Positions 1-12,000 of a DNA stretch of 64,000 nt are shown here, in pieces. This stretch comes from an uncultured Caldilineaceae bacterium (GTDB taxonomy: Bacteria > Chloroflexota > Anaerolineae > Caldilineales > Caldilineaceae), in assembly GCA_964560495.1 (NCBI GenBank), contig CAZLMM010000024.1, positions 316 through 64,315 of the forward strand, read 5' to 3'. The notes beneath the pieces were generated by a model, which worked only from the letters and a program-made list of their open reading frames with translations, did no database searches and was not told the DNA's origin. The stretch's first letter is position 1. Every line of letters starts with the position of its first letter. Position numbers and translations under genes: made by a program.

Positions 1-96
1 TTGCCGAGAGCGCCGCGATTGCCACATTTTGCCGGCATGGGCTATGCTTGATGAATAGATCATTTTATTACCGCCAATTTTTAGACCAAACACACC

Positions 97-1149
97 ATGA
101 TCGATCTGCAAACAACTCAACTCCATCGAGAAATTCACGAACAGCCCGGCGTCCTGGCGCGCCTGCTCGTGGAACAACGAGCGACCGCCGCTGCACTGGT
201 CGCCGAGGTCAAGCGTCGCGACGTCAGCCATGTGGTCATTGCTGCACGCGGCACCAGCGACAACGCGGCGCGCTACGCCCAGTATCTTTTCGGCGCAGTG
301 AGCGGGCTGCAAGTCGGTCTGGCGACCCCCAGCCTGCACACCATCTATCAGCGTCCGCCCCGCTTTGGCAACGCCCTGGTCATGGGCATCAGCCAGAGCG
401 GCAAAAGCCCCGACATCGTCTCGGTGGTGGCCGAAGCCCGACGCCAGGGCGCGCTCACTGCTGTGATCACCAACATCCCCGATTCGGATTTGGGGCGAGC
501 AGGCGATTTCGTCCTGGATCTGTGCGCCGGCGAGGAAAAATCTGTTGCGGCCACCAAAAGCTACACAGCCCAGTTGGCAGCTATCGCGCTCGTGAGCAGC
601 CTGCTGAACGGCGATGCGGCCATGCTCGATGAGCTGATGCGCGTTCCCCAATGGGTCAATGAGGCGCTCTCCATGCCCCGCGACATGAGCCGTGTGGCCG
701 AACGCTATCGCTACATGCGCTCGTGCGTCGTCATCGGGCGCGGCTTTAACTATTCCACCGCCTTTGAGCTGGCGCTCAAGGTGAAAGAGCTGACCTACAC
801 CGTCGTGCAGCCCTACAGCAGCGCCGATTTTCTCCACGGCCCCCTGGCTGTCATCGAGGAGGGCTTCCCGGTCATCACCATCGCTCCGTCCGGTATGATT
901 CTGGAAGAAATGAAGAGTTTCATGGACACGGCGAAGAAGCGCGGCGCGGAACTGCTGGTGATCAGCGACGATGAGGAGGCGCTGGAGATGGGGCGCATCT
1001 CCTTGCGCCTGCCCACCGGCGTGCCAGAGTGGTTGTCGCCCATTGTCGCCATCACGCCGGGTCAGCTTTTCGCCATGCACCTGGCCCACACGCGTGATTT
1101 CGACCCAGACCGACCGCGCGCGCTGCGCAAGGTGACAGAGACGCTGTAA
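97..1149 (+). CDS. SIS-domain sugar-phosphate isomerase/deaminase (GlmS isomerase-half-like, no glutaminase domain)
   Basis: 350-aa ORF with SIS-type motifs '[11 protein letters not shown]', '[10 protein letters not shown]' and 'ATKSYTAQL'. Family assignment is from recalled GlmS C-terminal/AgaS-like sequences. Confidence 0.8.
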   Translation: MIDLQTTQLHREIHEQPGVLARLLVEQRATAAALVAEVKRRDVSHVVIAARGTSDNAARYAQYLFGAVSGLQVGLATPSLHTIYQRPPRFGNALVMGISQSGKSPDIVSVVAEARRQGALTAVITNIPDSDLGRAGDFVLDLCAGEEKSVAATKSYTAQLAAIALVSSLLNGDAAMLDELMRVPQWVNEALSMPRDMSRVAERYRYMRSCVVIGRGFNYSTAFELALKVKELTYTVVQPYSSADFLHGPLAVIEEGFPVITIAPSGMILEEMKSFMDTAKKRGAELLVISDDEEALEMGRISLRLPTGVPEWLSPIVAITPGQLFAMHLAHTRDFDPDRPRALRKVTETL

Positions 1150-1202
1150 TGGTCAATGGATAATGGTCAATGGGTAATGGTCAGTGAGTAATGGTCAGTG
1201 GT
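1147..1202. repeat. 4 x 14-nt tandem repeat TAATGGTCA(A/G)TG(G/A)N between convergent genes
   Basis: Units at 1147..1160, 1161..1174, 1175..1188 and 1189..1202. The first TAA is the stop codon of the SIS gene. Confidence 0.9.
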
Positions 1203-1215
1203 TGACAGCCGATGG

Positions 1216-3045
1216 TCAATCCGTAAGGGTGCTTTCGTCTATCAACTGGTGGCGGTGCAGACGAGCGTAGTGACCGTTGTTCGCCAGAAGTTCGATGTGG
1301 CTGCCGTCTTCGATGATCCGTCCTTGCTCCATCACCAGGATGCGGTCGGCGCTGCGGATGGTGCTGAGGCGGTGGGCAATCACCAGGCTGGTGCGGCTGC
1401 GCAACACCCGGGCCAGCGCCTCTTGAATCAGCGCTTCGGTGGCGGTGTCGATGCTGCTGGTCGCCTCATCCAGGATCAACACGCCCTCGGGGCTGAGGGC
1501 CAGCGCCCGCGCCAACGCCAATAGCTGCCGCTGTCCCTGGGAAAGATTTTCGCCATTGGGCAGCACCTGGAAGTCGTAGCAGCCAGGCAGCTCCTCGATA
1601 AAGCGCGCCGCATTGCTAAACTCGGCTGCGCGCCGCACCTCGTCATCGCTCAAGTCGTCGCGATATAGACGAATGTTGAAGGCGATGGAGCCCGCCAGAC
1701 AGATCGGGTCTTGGGGAACGACGGCCACCGCGCGGCGCAAATCGTGCAGGGCAAAATCCTTGATATCCACGCCATCCAGACGCACCACACCCCGACACGG
1801 GTCGTATTGACGCGCCATCAGGCTGACCAGGCTGGACTTGCCAGCGCCGGTTGGCCCGACGATAGCCACACTTTGCCCGGCGGGAATGGACAGGGAGACG
1901 CCGCGCAGCACTGGTTCATCAGGGAGATACCAGAAGTGGACATCATCGAACTCCACCGCGCCGCGCACATGGCGCAGGGGCTGGGGATCGGCGCGTTCCT
2001 TGATGGTGGGCATGGTGTTGAGCAAGGCAAAGATGCGTTCCGCCGCGCCCAGGGCAATCTGCACAGTGTTGTACTCTTGGGAAAGGCGCAACACCGGCTG
2101 GAACGCCCGCTCGGTGTATTGGATGAAGGCCACCAACATGCCCAGCGTCGCCCAGCCCGCCAGGACGCCGCGTCCGCCGCCATAGAGAATCAGCCCCATG
2201 CCAACCGCAGAGAGAATCTCTTGCACCGAAAGAAAGACCGCGCTGCGCCAGCGCAGGTTGATGAGCGCGTCGCGATAGCGTTTGTTATAGCCATCGAACT
2301 CCTGCTCGCTCTCATCTTCGCGGTTGAAGAGCTGCACGACGGTCATGCCATGCACCTGCTCGTTGAGAAACGCGCTGATGCGCGCCTGGGCTGAGCGTTC
2401 GCCGCTGGAAGACTGACGGATGCGCTCCCGAAAGTAACGCGTCACGACTGCAACCAACGGCAGCACGGACAGCGAGAGCAGCGCCAGCCGCCAGTTCATG
2501 GCAAACATCACGGTCACGATGACGATGAGCGTCACCCCCTCCACCAGCACGATGACGATGCTGCGCGAGAGCACCGCATTGAGCTGGTCGATGTCGTTGG
2601 TCAGCCGCGCCACCAGTTCGCCCGTGGGTGTGTTGACCAGAAAAGCCCGATCCAGCCCCAGGATGTGGTTGAAGAGGCGGCTGCGCAGATCGGCCAGGGC
2701 GCGCTGCCCGGCCTGTTGTAAGAAATAGGTGAAGGCATAGGTGAGCAGGTAGATGGCGATGGCGGTTGCGCCATAGAGGATCGTGATCTGCACCAACGCG
2801 GCGACGTCGCCGTCGGCGATGGGGCCGTCAATAGCGACGCTCAGCAAGTAGGGAGGCACAGCGTTGAGGAGCGCGACGCCGGTCATGAGCACCAGCGCGG
2901 CGATCACCCAGCGCTTGTATGGCGCCAGCGAAGAAGCCAACAGCTGAAACAGAGCCGAGTCCTGGTTGGCGAGCTCAGAGAGGCGCACTTTTGCTTCATC
3001 TTCAGTTTCGTCACGGCGTCCTGAAGTTGCTTCAGCCTTCGCCAT
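1216..3045 (-). CDS. ABC exporter half-transporter (fused permease + ATPase), second subunit of a heterodimeric pair
   Basis: ORF 1216..3153 trimmed to ATG at 3045 ('MAKAEATS') because the upstream part overlaps the preceding gene. TM-rich N-half; Walker A 'GPTGAGKSS', signature 'LSQGQRQ', Walker B 'LILDEATS'. Overlaps the upstream partner by 14 nt. Confidence 0.85.
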   Translation of the reverse strand: MAKAEATSGRRDETEDEAKVRLSELANQDSALFQLLASSLAPYKRWVIAALVLMTGVALLNAVPPYLLSVAIDGPIADGDVAALVQITILYGATAIAIYLLTYAFTYFLQQAGQRALADLRSRLFNHILGLDRAFLVNTPTGELVARLTNDIDQLNAVLSRSIVIVLVEGVTLIVIVTVMFAMNWRLALLSLSVLPLVAVVTRYFRERIRQSSSGERSAQARISAFLNEQVHGMTVVQLFNREDESEQEFDGYNKRYRDALINLRWRSAVFLSVQEILSAVGMGLILYGGGRGVLAGWATLGMLVAFIQYTERAFQPVLRLSQEYNTVQIALGAAERIFALLNTMPTIKERADPQPLRHVRGAVEFDDVHFWYLPDEPVLRGVSLSIPAGQSVAIVGPTGAGKSSLVSLMARQYDPCRGVVRLDGVDIKDFALHDLRRAVAVVPQDPICLAGSIAFNIRLYRDDLSDDEVRRAAEFSNAARFIEELPGCYDFQVLPNGENLSQGQRQLLALARALALSPEGVLILDEATSSIDTATEALIQEALARVLRSRTSLVIAHRLSTIRSADRILVMEQGRIIEDGSHIELLANNGHYARLHRHQLIDESTLTD

Positions 3046-4789
3046 GGCCAATCTCCTCGCGCTCCTGTTGCACTTCCCGGCGATACATTGCGGCGTAGAA
3101 GCCATTCTGCGCCAGCAACTCCTCGTGGTTGCCGCGTTCGACAATCTGGCCATGATCCAAAACGATGATCTGATCCGCGTCCACCACAGTGGCGATGCGC
3201 TGGGTCACGATGATGCGGGTGCGCTTGAGTTCCGCCTGGCGCAGCTCACGCAGAATCTCGGCCGCGGTTTTCATGTCCACGCTTGCCAACGCATCATCCA
3301 GCAGCAGCACTTTGGGGTCGCGCACCAGCGCGCGCGCAATTGCGGCGCGCTGTCGCTGCCCGCCGGAGAGGGTCGCGCCGCGCTCGCCCACCGAACTATC
3401 CAGGCCATGAGGCAATTGGGGGAGATCGTTGGAGAGCCGCGCACGATCCATAGCTTGAAAAATGCGCTGGTCTGGCACATAGGAGATGCCTAGGGCAATG
3501 TTGCCGCGCAGGGGCATGTTGAAAAGCAACGACTCCTGGGGTACATAGATCACTGTGCGACGCAGCGCCGCCAGCTTGATTTCTCGCAGGTCGTGGCCGT
3601 CGATGGTCACCCGACCTTCTGTGGGGTCGTAGATGCGCCCCAACAGGCTAATGAGCATACTCTTGCCCGAACCGGTGGGACCGACGATGCCCAGAGTCGT
3701 GCCCGGCGGGATCTCCAGGTCGATATGACGCAGCGCCCACCGCTCTTGGTCTTCCATCCAGACGCCCACATCTTCCATGCAAATGTGGCCCACCAGTTCC
3801 ACATCGGGCGCGTTCTCGGGGTCGGCAATCTTGGGCCAGCGATCCAGCACCTCGCCAATGCGCACCGCGGCTGCGCTGCCCTGTTGCAAACGTTCATACG
3901 CATCAGTGATCTGCTGCGCGCCGTTGTTCAGCAACCCAAGATAGACAATGAACTCCACATACTGACCCACGGTCAGGTCGCCGCCGATGATGAGCATGCC
4001 GCCCACATAGACGACGATTGTCGCTGCCATACGCACCACCAGGCTCGGGATGGGCGAGATCGCACCGCTCTGGAGCACAAAATGGAGATTCTGTTTGACG
4101 TAATTTTCATTGGCGGCGCGGAACGCCCGCCCCACGGCTTCTTCCTGCACATAGGCCATGAGCATTCGCGCGGCGTTCAGGTGCTCTTGGGCAAAGGCGG
4201 AGAGTTTGGCGATCTCCTGCTGGACGACGATGAAGGAGTGCTCCAACACGCGCCCCAATCGCATCTGCACCGCGATGCTCAACAGCAGCATCACGACGAC
4301 CATCACTGCCAGCGGCGGGCTGGTGCGCCCCATGAGCGCGGCGCCGATTAGCAGTAGGAAGAAGGCGTGCATGAACATCTGGAAACCTGCGCTGTAAAAA
4401 CGCCAGATGTAGATGAAGTCGCTCGTGCTGCGCGAGAGTAAATCGCCTGTGCCGTAGGCCTGGCGTGTTTCCCGATCAAAGAGCAGGAGGCGCTGGAACA
4501 TATCCTGGCTCATGCGATAGGTGACGCCCGCAGCGATGTTGCCGGTGAGCATACGCAGGAGATAGCGAAAGAGGGCCACGGTGGCTGCCAGGAGCATCAG
4601 CCCGATGGCATACCAGGCCAGCGCGCGGGGAGTCGTGCCTTCGCTAAGCGCATCCACTGCCATCCCCAGCCACATGGGGCTGAACGCGCTGGCGGCTGCG
4701 CCGATGAAGGCGTAGACTGCGCCGATTGCCAGCGCCCGATAGTAGGGGCGCATGTAAGGGAGGAGAACTTGGAGACCGCTCTTCTGCAT
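3032..4789 (-). CDS. ABC exporter half-transporter (fused permease + ATPase), first subunit
   Basis: 585-aa ORF with TM-rich N-half, Walker A 'GPTGSGKSM', signature 'LSGGQRQR' and Walker B 'LLLDDALAS'. Confidence 0.9.
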   Translation of the reverse strand: MQKSGLQVLLPYMRPYYRALAIGAVYAFIGAAASAFSPMWLGMAVDALSEGTTPRALAWYAIGLMLLAATVALFRYLLRMLTGNIAAGVTYRMSQDMFQRLLLFDRETRQAYGTGDLLSRSTSDFIYIWRFYSAGFQMFMHAFFLLLIGAALMGRTSPPLAVMVVVMLLLSIAVQMRLGRVLEHSFIVVQQEIAKLSAFAQEHLNAARMLMAYVQEEAVGRAFRAANENYVKQNLHFVLQSGAISPIPSLVVRMAATIVVYVGGMLIIGGDLTVGQYVEFIVYLGLLNNGAQQITDAYERLQQGSAAAVRIGEVLDRWPKIADPENAPDVELVGHICMEDVGVWMEDQERWALRHIDLEIPPGTTLGIVGPTGSGKSMLISLLGRIYDPTEGRVTIDGHDLREIKLAALRRTVIYVPQESLLFNMPLRGNIALGISYVPDQRIFQAMDRARLSNDLPQLPHGLDSSVGERGATLSGGQRQRAAIARALVRDPKVLLLDDALASVDMKTAAEILRELRQAELKRTRIIVTQRIATVVDADQIIVLDHGQIVERGNHEELLAQNGFYAAMYRREVQQEREEIGHGEG

Positions 4790-5184
4790 GAAGTGACCCT
4801 CGCAACGATCAGCTCGAAATGCGTGCGTTCGTGGCCGGGGAAAGGGCGCTGCACAGAACAGATCACCTCGATTGTAACGGACGCGGGGTCATCAGACAAG
4901 AATGCAAACAACAGGGGTGTGCCTCAACCCGAACAGAAGACGATTGGGTGAATTGTCAAAAGCAACCCGTGATGGGCTTTTGATTTGACGTGACGCAAAT
5001 GCCTTTGTATGCTGGCTCAGCCAGAACACATGATGGTTTGACGGTCCGATGTCTGGAGACTTCGGCGTCCAACCAAAGAGGCGTGGGGTGGTCCTGGGAA
5101 CGCAGGCATTTCGCAGCCGCCGGAATGGCGGCGCACCCAGGTGCGTATGTCGTCTCCACAAATTCGAGAATAGGAGCAGAGTGG

Positions 5185-5853
5185 ATGTGGCATGTTCAAG
5201 AGGAAGGATACACGGCAGTTCCGAGCGCGGGCGCCGGACCGGGCGTTTTGGTTCTCCACCCCTGGTGGGGATTGAGCGACGCCATCAAAGACTTCTGCGA
5301 GCGACTGGCAGAGGAGGGCTTCGTCGCCTACGCGCCTGACCTCTATCATGGCAAATTGGCATTGACCATTGAGGAGGCCGAGGCGCTGAGCGGCCAGCTT
5401 GATGGCGAGACCGCCGACGCCGACATCGCCCGCGCAGTCGATCATCTCTGGCAGCGCGTCGCCCCTGGTCAGGCCGGGATTGGCGTGGTGGGGTTCTCCC
5501 TGGGCGCCTTTTTTGCCCTCAGGCTCTCGTCCGCAGACCCAGAGCGCGTGCGCGCGGTGGTCTTATTCTATGGCACGGGGAGCGGGGATTTCGGTCGGGC
5601 CAAGGCAGCCTATCTTGGACATTATGCCGCAACAGACCCCTATGAGCCGGCGGAAGAGGTCGCCGGCCTGGAAACGGCGCTCAAGTCGGCAGGCCGCCCG
5701 ACGACATTCTTCCGATACGAAAGTGTGGGGCATTGGTTCTTCGAGGCCGACCGCCCCGACGCGTTCAACGAAACCGCCGCCCGACTTGCGTGGGAGCGCA
5801 CAGTCGCCTTTTTGCAAGAGACGGTTGCACTCCCATCTCATCAGACGCCGTGA
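5185..5853 (+). CDS. dienelactone hydrolase family protein
   Basis: ORF 4990..5853 trimmed to ATG 5185, which is preceded by AGGAG at 5173..5177. Motifs 'VLVLHPWWGL' and nucleophile-elbow-like 'GFSLGA'; about 220 aa, typical of the DLH fold. Confidence 0.75.
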   Translation: MWHVQEEGYTAVPSAGAGPGVLVLHPWWGLSDAIKDFCERLAEEGFVAYAPDLYHGKLALTIEEAEALSGQLDGETADADIARAVDHLWQRVAPGQAGIGVVGFSLGAFFALRLSSADPERVRAVVLFYGTGSGDFGRAKAAYLGHYAATDPYEPAEEVAGLETALKSAGRPTTFFRYESVGHWFFEADRPDAFNETAARLAWERTVAFLQETVALPSHQTP

Positions 5854-5871
5854 CGCGCCCCACCGCGTCAC

Positions 5872-5950
5872 GTAGGGGTTTGAACGGCGGCGCAGACTTC
5901 TCTGTCCATGCAACAACACCGATTCGCTGCCGTTCAAGCCCTTCTTCGCG
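5872..5950. repeat. interspersed palindromic element, copy A (about 79 nt)
   Basis: gtaggggtttgaacggcggcg ... cgctgccgttcaagcccttcttcgcg. About 90% identical by eye to 18428..18506. Arms ggtttgaacggcggcg and cg(c/t)(c/t)gccgttcaagcc are inverted. Confidence 0.85.
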
Positions 5951-6010
5951 TGTACGTCTGGCCGCCCACCCCCTCTGCCGTGAGTTTTCAAACGGCCTCT
6001 TTCAATCCAT

Positions 6011-9000
6011 TTACTCGATCACCACTCGGTCGCTGCCGCTACGCCCGAAAACTTCCGGCATGTACATCTCTTCGGCCTTGGCCGGCGGCGCAACGAATTC
6101 GCCTGGCGTCGTGGCGCGCGCCACATAGCTGTAGTTGTAGACGCCATCCCACAGCAGAGGAGTGAAGGCTTCGGCGCGACTGTCGCGCAGGTTCTGGTGC
6201 TGATACCACGTGCCATACCACCACCAGCCATAGGGCGCGGCCATGGGGTCGCCGCCAGGCGCAGACTCGCTCGTGGCCAACGCCGGATTGATCGGCTCGA
6301 AGCCGGCCGGCAGCGGGTCCACCAGGGCCACGTGATAGCGCCGGTTGTCCGCCACCATGGTGAGGTTGATGCGCACACGCGCGCCGGCGCGCACATGCCA
6401 CACGCCATCCTCGTCGCGGCGCACATCCGCCGGGTCGTCCACCGCCGAATAAGTGCGCTGCACCACGAAGCCCATATCCAGCGGATCCAGACGCAGGTCC
6501 GTGGGCGCATAGCGCAGCCCCAGGCGATAGTAGAGCCGGCCGTCGCCCTCCTTGCCGATGACGAAATCCCGCACGCCCGGCTGCTCCACCAGAAAGGACA
6601 TGGGCACGGTGGTCAGCCGCGACTCATTGCTATAGCCCTCGAACTCGTGCTGCGCCACAAAGGTCTCGCCCAGCCACATGCGGGCGATGAAATCGGGCGT
6701 CACATTCTCGAAGGTGTTGAAGTAGCGATCCAGCGCAATGAGCACGAAGACATTTTCTTGCGTGTTGCTCCATGCGCCGTTGGTGCGGTGCGCCAGCAGC
6801 CCGGTTACCACCTTGGGAATCAGCTCATTTTCTGGGTCATCGTTGATCATGGCGTCCAGCACGATAGCGTCGGTGCGCCGGTTGGAATGGAGCAGCACCC
6901 AGGCGTCATCGCCATAGGATGTGGTGAAGTTGGCTGCGCCGGCTGTCTCCACCGCCCGGTTGTCCACATGGCGGCGGATGGCCTCCACCTCGGCGGTCGA
7001 GGCCGGGTCGTCGTTGAGCACCTGCCACAGCCAAGCGATCTGCTCGAGCGACTGGTCGTCCAGCGGTTTTTCGTTGAGCAGATTGCGCGCTTTCGTCGTG
7101 TCCGGATCGTCCATCAAATTGCGCACGTAGAGCGCATAGGCGCTGAGCGTGTCGCGCGTCAGCTCGCTATACCAGGAGGGATAGTATGCCTCGATATTGC
7201 GCAGATGCTCACGCGCCGCCGAAAGCGTTGCGTCAGAGACCCGGTAATCCTTGAGCCGCGCCCGCTGCAAGGCGTGGGCCACGTGGATGGAATAGAAGGG
7301 CACAGACTCCTTCCCCTTTTCCCAGATGGGCCAGCCGCCGTCCAGGTTCTGCATGGATTCCAGGCGCTGGATGTCCCGCGCCATGGCCGCGTCGATTTGC
7401 TCCGGCGGGGGCAGCCCCTCGGCCTGGAACGCGGTGAGTGCGTCGCGCAGAGAGGCGATGCCAAGAACGCGCGAGCTGATCTGCTCGCTGCACTCGAAGG
7501 GGTAATCGCTCAAATAGAGCACAGCGTCGGTCAGCGCAGAGAGCGCCGTAGAAGAAGAGCTCACTTCCAACCCGCCGAACTGGGGAAAGACATTCTGCGG
7601 CTGAGCGATGGGTTGGGCGATTGCGCCCTCGTCCACTACACCATAAACCGCAAAGGCTTCGGTCGTGGCCGGGGTGTAGACCGGCAGCTCGCCGCGCGCT
7701 GCGTCGGCGTAGGCGCCGCTGGCCGCGGCGGCCTGGAAGCGCGCCGTGCCAGCGTTGTCGGTGGTCGTTGGGAAGCGCACCTCCACCCGGTCGTTGGCCG
7801 GTACGACGACGCGCTGACCCGCATTGGCCGCGGTTCCTTCGCTTTGCTCAGGATCGCCCAAGAGCAGATTGCTCACCTCCACCGCTACATCCACTTCCAG
7901 CGCCTCTTCGGTTTGATTCTGCACTACGATGGGCAACTCGAAGCGGTCGCCAAAGTTGAGGAAGCGCGGGGCCGCAGGGCGCACCATGAGCGGCAGGCGG
8001 GCAGTGATGTTGGCCTCGGCTTGGCCGAACTGTTTCTCCGTGGCCGCCACCACCGTCACCCGATAGCGGGTGAGGTTGTCGGGCAGCGTGAACTCGACGC
8101 GCGCTTTGCCATCGGCGTCGGTGCGCACTGCCGGCGCAAAGACCGCCAGTGGGTTGAAGTCAGCGCGCACGGCGATGGGCGTGGGCGCTTCATTGCCCGC
8201 CGCCTGGTCGCCTCGCGCCAACATATCTGCAGCCATTGTCGGCATGGGCGCGGCGGCCGCGAGCATGGCTGCGCTTTCCATCATCGCCTCGCCCCCACCG
8301 CCGATGCCAAAGGCCATGTTGCCCGTCTGTTTGGCAAGTTCTTCCGGGTTGGCCAGCACAATGCTGCCGCGGCCATAGACGCTTTCCACACCGGCGCTGC
8401 GTTCGCTGTAGAAGACGATCAACGGGTCGGGGATGCGGTAGCCGGTCAACGCTAGGATAGCTTCATCCACCACCACCACTGCCAGCTCGGCGTTCTCCAC
8501 TGGCTCGCCGTTTGCATCCACGGCTCTCAGGTTGATGGCGGTCTCGGCGCCTGGCTCCAATTCTGTCGCCTCGGGATCAATCTCTAGTGATAGAGTGCGG
8601 ATCACCGGCGGGATGCGCAGGTTGAGGCTGCCGCTGGCGTAGGCTGGTCGCGGGGGAACGTCCTCCATGGGCTGCCCCTTGTCATCCAGTCGCGGGGCCG
8701 AGCCGTTCACATCCACCTGGATGTTCAGGTTGGGGATGTGTGCGTCCTCGATGGGCACTCTGAGTGTGGTTGAGCCTTCACCCAGCGAGAAGTGCTCGGT
8801 GTAGAGAATGCCGTCGCGGGCAACGGTCAGTTGTCCCTCCGCTGGCGCAAAGGGCGCAATCACCAGGATTTCGGCCACGTCGCCCGGTGCGTAGGTCTCC
8901 TTGTCTGGGATGAGTTCCACCTGCTCCTGCTCCACGCTGCGCGAGGGGATAGTCGGTCCGCCGCTCACCCAGCGGGTGAACATGGTGCGGTTGAGGCGTT

Positions 9001-12000
9001 CATGGTCGTCGCGCACTTCGGCGGTGATGCGATACTCGCCGCCAATGTCGGTGGTGAAGGTGCACAGCGTCGGCTCATTGCCAGAGATGACCGCACACTC
9101 CTGGGGATCGGCCTCAACTTCCTTCCATTCATTGCCCTCGTATTTCCATTCCAGCCGCGCCGCAGTGACGGTTGCGTCGCGCTCAGCGACCGGGTTGCCA
9201 TCCAGGTCGCTGACGATGACTTCCACTTCCAACGGGTCGCCTTGCTCCACAAAGGTGCGCAAGCTGCGCAGCCCCACGTACAGCTCGGAAGGGTGCACCA
9301 ACAGATTTGTGCTGGCGGCCCACGCCTGGCGGTTCACATCCATCACCCGGCCTTCAGCCAGCACAGTGTAGGGACGCGGCTGTTCGCTCTCCACAAAGGC
9401 CATGTCGAGATAGTGCTTGCCGGTGGGGTCGGTCTTGCCGGTGTATGTTTGCGTTCCGCCCTGACCGCCGCCAAAGTCGCCGAAAAAGACATCGCCGGCG
9501 TAGAAGCCGTAGTCATAGATGTACCACCAGGGCGTCCACTCGCCAAAGATAAAATCAGGCCAGTTGGGCGGTGAATAGCTGCCTGCCTGCGAGCTGACGG
9601 TCCAGGTCGTCTCGGCGTTGGGCAGGGGGCCGCCGGCGTAGTATTGGGCCGAGATGGAGACCGTGGCGTCGTCGCCCAGGAAGTAGGGGCCTTCGCCTTC
9701 GGGCTGGGCCTTGACCTCAAATTCTGGACGGCGAAATTCCTGAATTTGGAAAGAGTAGTAGCTATCCACCCCGTAGACGTTGCTCACGCCGCTCGCAAAG
9801 AGGCGGATGTCGCCATAGCCCAGGTTAGCGTTTTCGGGAATTGTGAAGTTGAAGGCGAAGCCGCCCAGGTCGTTGACATCGGCTGCGCCCTCGGCGATCC
9901 TGTTGCCCTGCGGCTCGGTCACCTCATAGTGGACTGAAGTCGGCCCACCCCCCACCAGACCAACATCGCCGTCCTGTCCAGCGCCTACGCGCCGCAGCCA
10001 ACCCTTGACGTGCACCTCTTCCGTGGGGCGATACATCTGGCGGTCATCGAAGACATACCAACGGAGCATGTCGTTGGTGGTTTGCTTGCTCCAGCCCGAA
10101 TTGCCGTAGTAGTCCCACTGGCTGCGGGGCAGGATAGCGACATCCTGGTCTTGAGAACCAACCAGCAAGTAGCCCACCTGGTTGGTCAATTCCAGATCGA
10201 GGCTGCCGTCGTCGCCGGTGACGCCTTCGCTGCTGGCGCCATATAGCTCGATTGTCACATCCTTCAGCGGCGCGCCGTCGGCCAAGGCGGTGGCCCACAC
10301 CAGCAGGTCGCTGTGATCCGAGAAGGCGTCCAGGCCGATCTGGGTAATCTGCACCCAGGATTGGACCACGGTGCGGTCGCGTTCGCCAAAGAGCGGCTCG
10401 GGCAGATCCACCACCACGATGAGATGGCCGGTCGTACTGTCGCCCAGAGCCGGTGTGAGGTCGATCATGGTTTCGGTGATCTCATCCGGCTGCCCTTCCA
10501 CCGAGATGGTGTCTTCCATGACGAGCTGGCCGGGCGGCGTTGGCTGAGGATTGTTCCAATAGTCGCGCAGATAGGTGAGCCAGCTTTTCCAATCATCCGG
10601 CGTCACTGCATAGACCCGCACATGAAGCCGCGGATAGTTGACCGAATAGACGTTAAAGGTGGGCTGTTGCGCCGTGGGGTCAAGGGTGCTCAACACCTGG
10701 GACGGGCCGGTCAGATAGGCGTCGGCGTTGCCAGTGCGGAAGGTGAAGCTTTGGTCGTCCCCCAGGGTCTGGCCAAAGACATCCACAATGGCGCCGCTCA
10801 CAGTCAGCTCGTAGGTGCTGCGTCCGGCGGTCGCGCCCTGCACCTGCAAGACGTTGCCAAACGCGTTGACCACCTTGCCAGGGATTTCAGGTTCGACTGC
10901 CACCCATGCGGGATCAAAGGCTTCAGAATTCAACGGATTGTTGAAGAGAACATCGAAGGGCGCGCCAGGTGGACAGCGTGCTCCTCCCCAACTGCAACGC
11001 GCTTCGGTGACGCGCAAAGGCGCGTAGGTCTGGAAGCTGAAAGCCTGCACCTCTGTCGTGGTCAAGGGTCCTTCAGCGGAGGGTGTACCAGGGCCGATGT
11101 TGACGTTGACCGTGGCGTCGGCCGGGAACTCCTCTTCAGCGCGGAAGGCCAGCCAGCGGCTTTCGCCGGCGCTCTTGGCCAGGTTGCTCACGTCCTTGTC
11201 AGCCGCCACCTCCTCTTCCGTCGCCAGGCGCAGGGCGAACTCCTCCCGGCCTGCGGTGACAAGGATCGTCTCCAACACGGCGACCGGGTCGATGCGCTGG
11301 TCGAGGGCAACGAACATGAGCGTGTCGCGATGCTGAGGGCCATAGCTCGGCCATGAGTTGATGACGGTCGGCGGCGGCGTGGAGAAGGTCCACTGGACGC
11401 TCTCTTCCAACACGCCGCCCGTGGCCGAAGTTGTCCCGGCGGGCACGGCCGCCTCGAAGATCGTAGCCATGGGGAAGCGGTCGATCTCGTCGGACTGATA
11501 CTCAAAAGTCAACGTCTTCGTGCCGTTCCATTTCCACACGCCGGGCAGCTCGGGCGTAAGTTTGACCGGAACATCCGCCGCGCTCAGTTCCTCCAGCGTC
11601 GCCAGGGGAACCATGGGCTGGTTGAAGCTCACCTGCAAGAAAGGCGCCAGGTCGATTGCGCCTTCAGGTGCAAAGCGCAGCACCTCCAGCGGACCGCTTA
11701 CAACATCCGCAGGCGTAGGCGCGGTGGCCGTGGGTGGAAAACTCTCCTCGATGACGACGCTGGGCGTAGGCGGCGGCAGACTGGCCGGCGGCAGGTTGAA
11801 CTCCTCTGCATCGCCAGTTTCTGCTTTCAGCGGCGGCAGGCGATCCAACAATGCCTGCGTTTCAGCGGCAGAGAGGAGGACGCCCGCGGTCGCCGTCGTG
11901 GCGACGGTTGTCTGGGGCCGTTCAGCGCCCTCGCCCAGCACGATGGTCAGGCCGCCAGGCGATGATGGCTGCTGGATGCGCCCGCCGGACGGCGAAGATT

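Noticed and set aside
4990-5184. N-terminal 65-aa extension of the dienelactone hydrolase ORF, and a possible TTGACG-17-TATGCT promoter (4985..5013) with a structured ~170-nt leader
   Set aside because: The extension has no signal-peptide or domain character, and ATG 5185 has a good AGGAG RBS. The promoter and leader hairpins (for example gccgcc-ggaat-ggcggc) are plausible, but I recognise no known riboswitch, so I did not call them.
6197-8455. 752-aa plus-strand ORF (and several shorter ones) inside the A2M gene
   Set aside because: It is antisense to a 2046-aa ORF with clear family motifs. Its composition is dominated by R/G/A/H/V ('shadow ORF' of a GC-rich gene), and it has no recognisable motifs or RBS.
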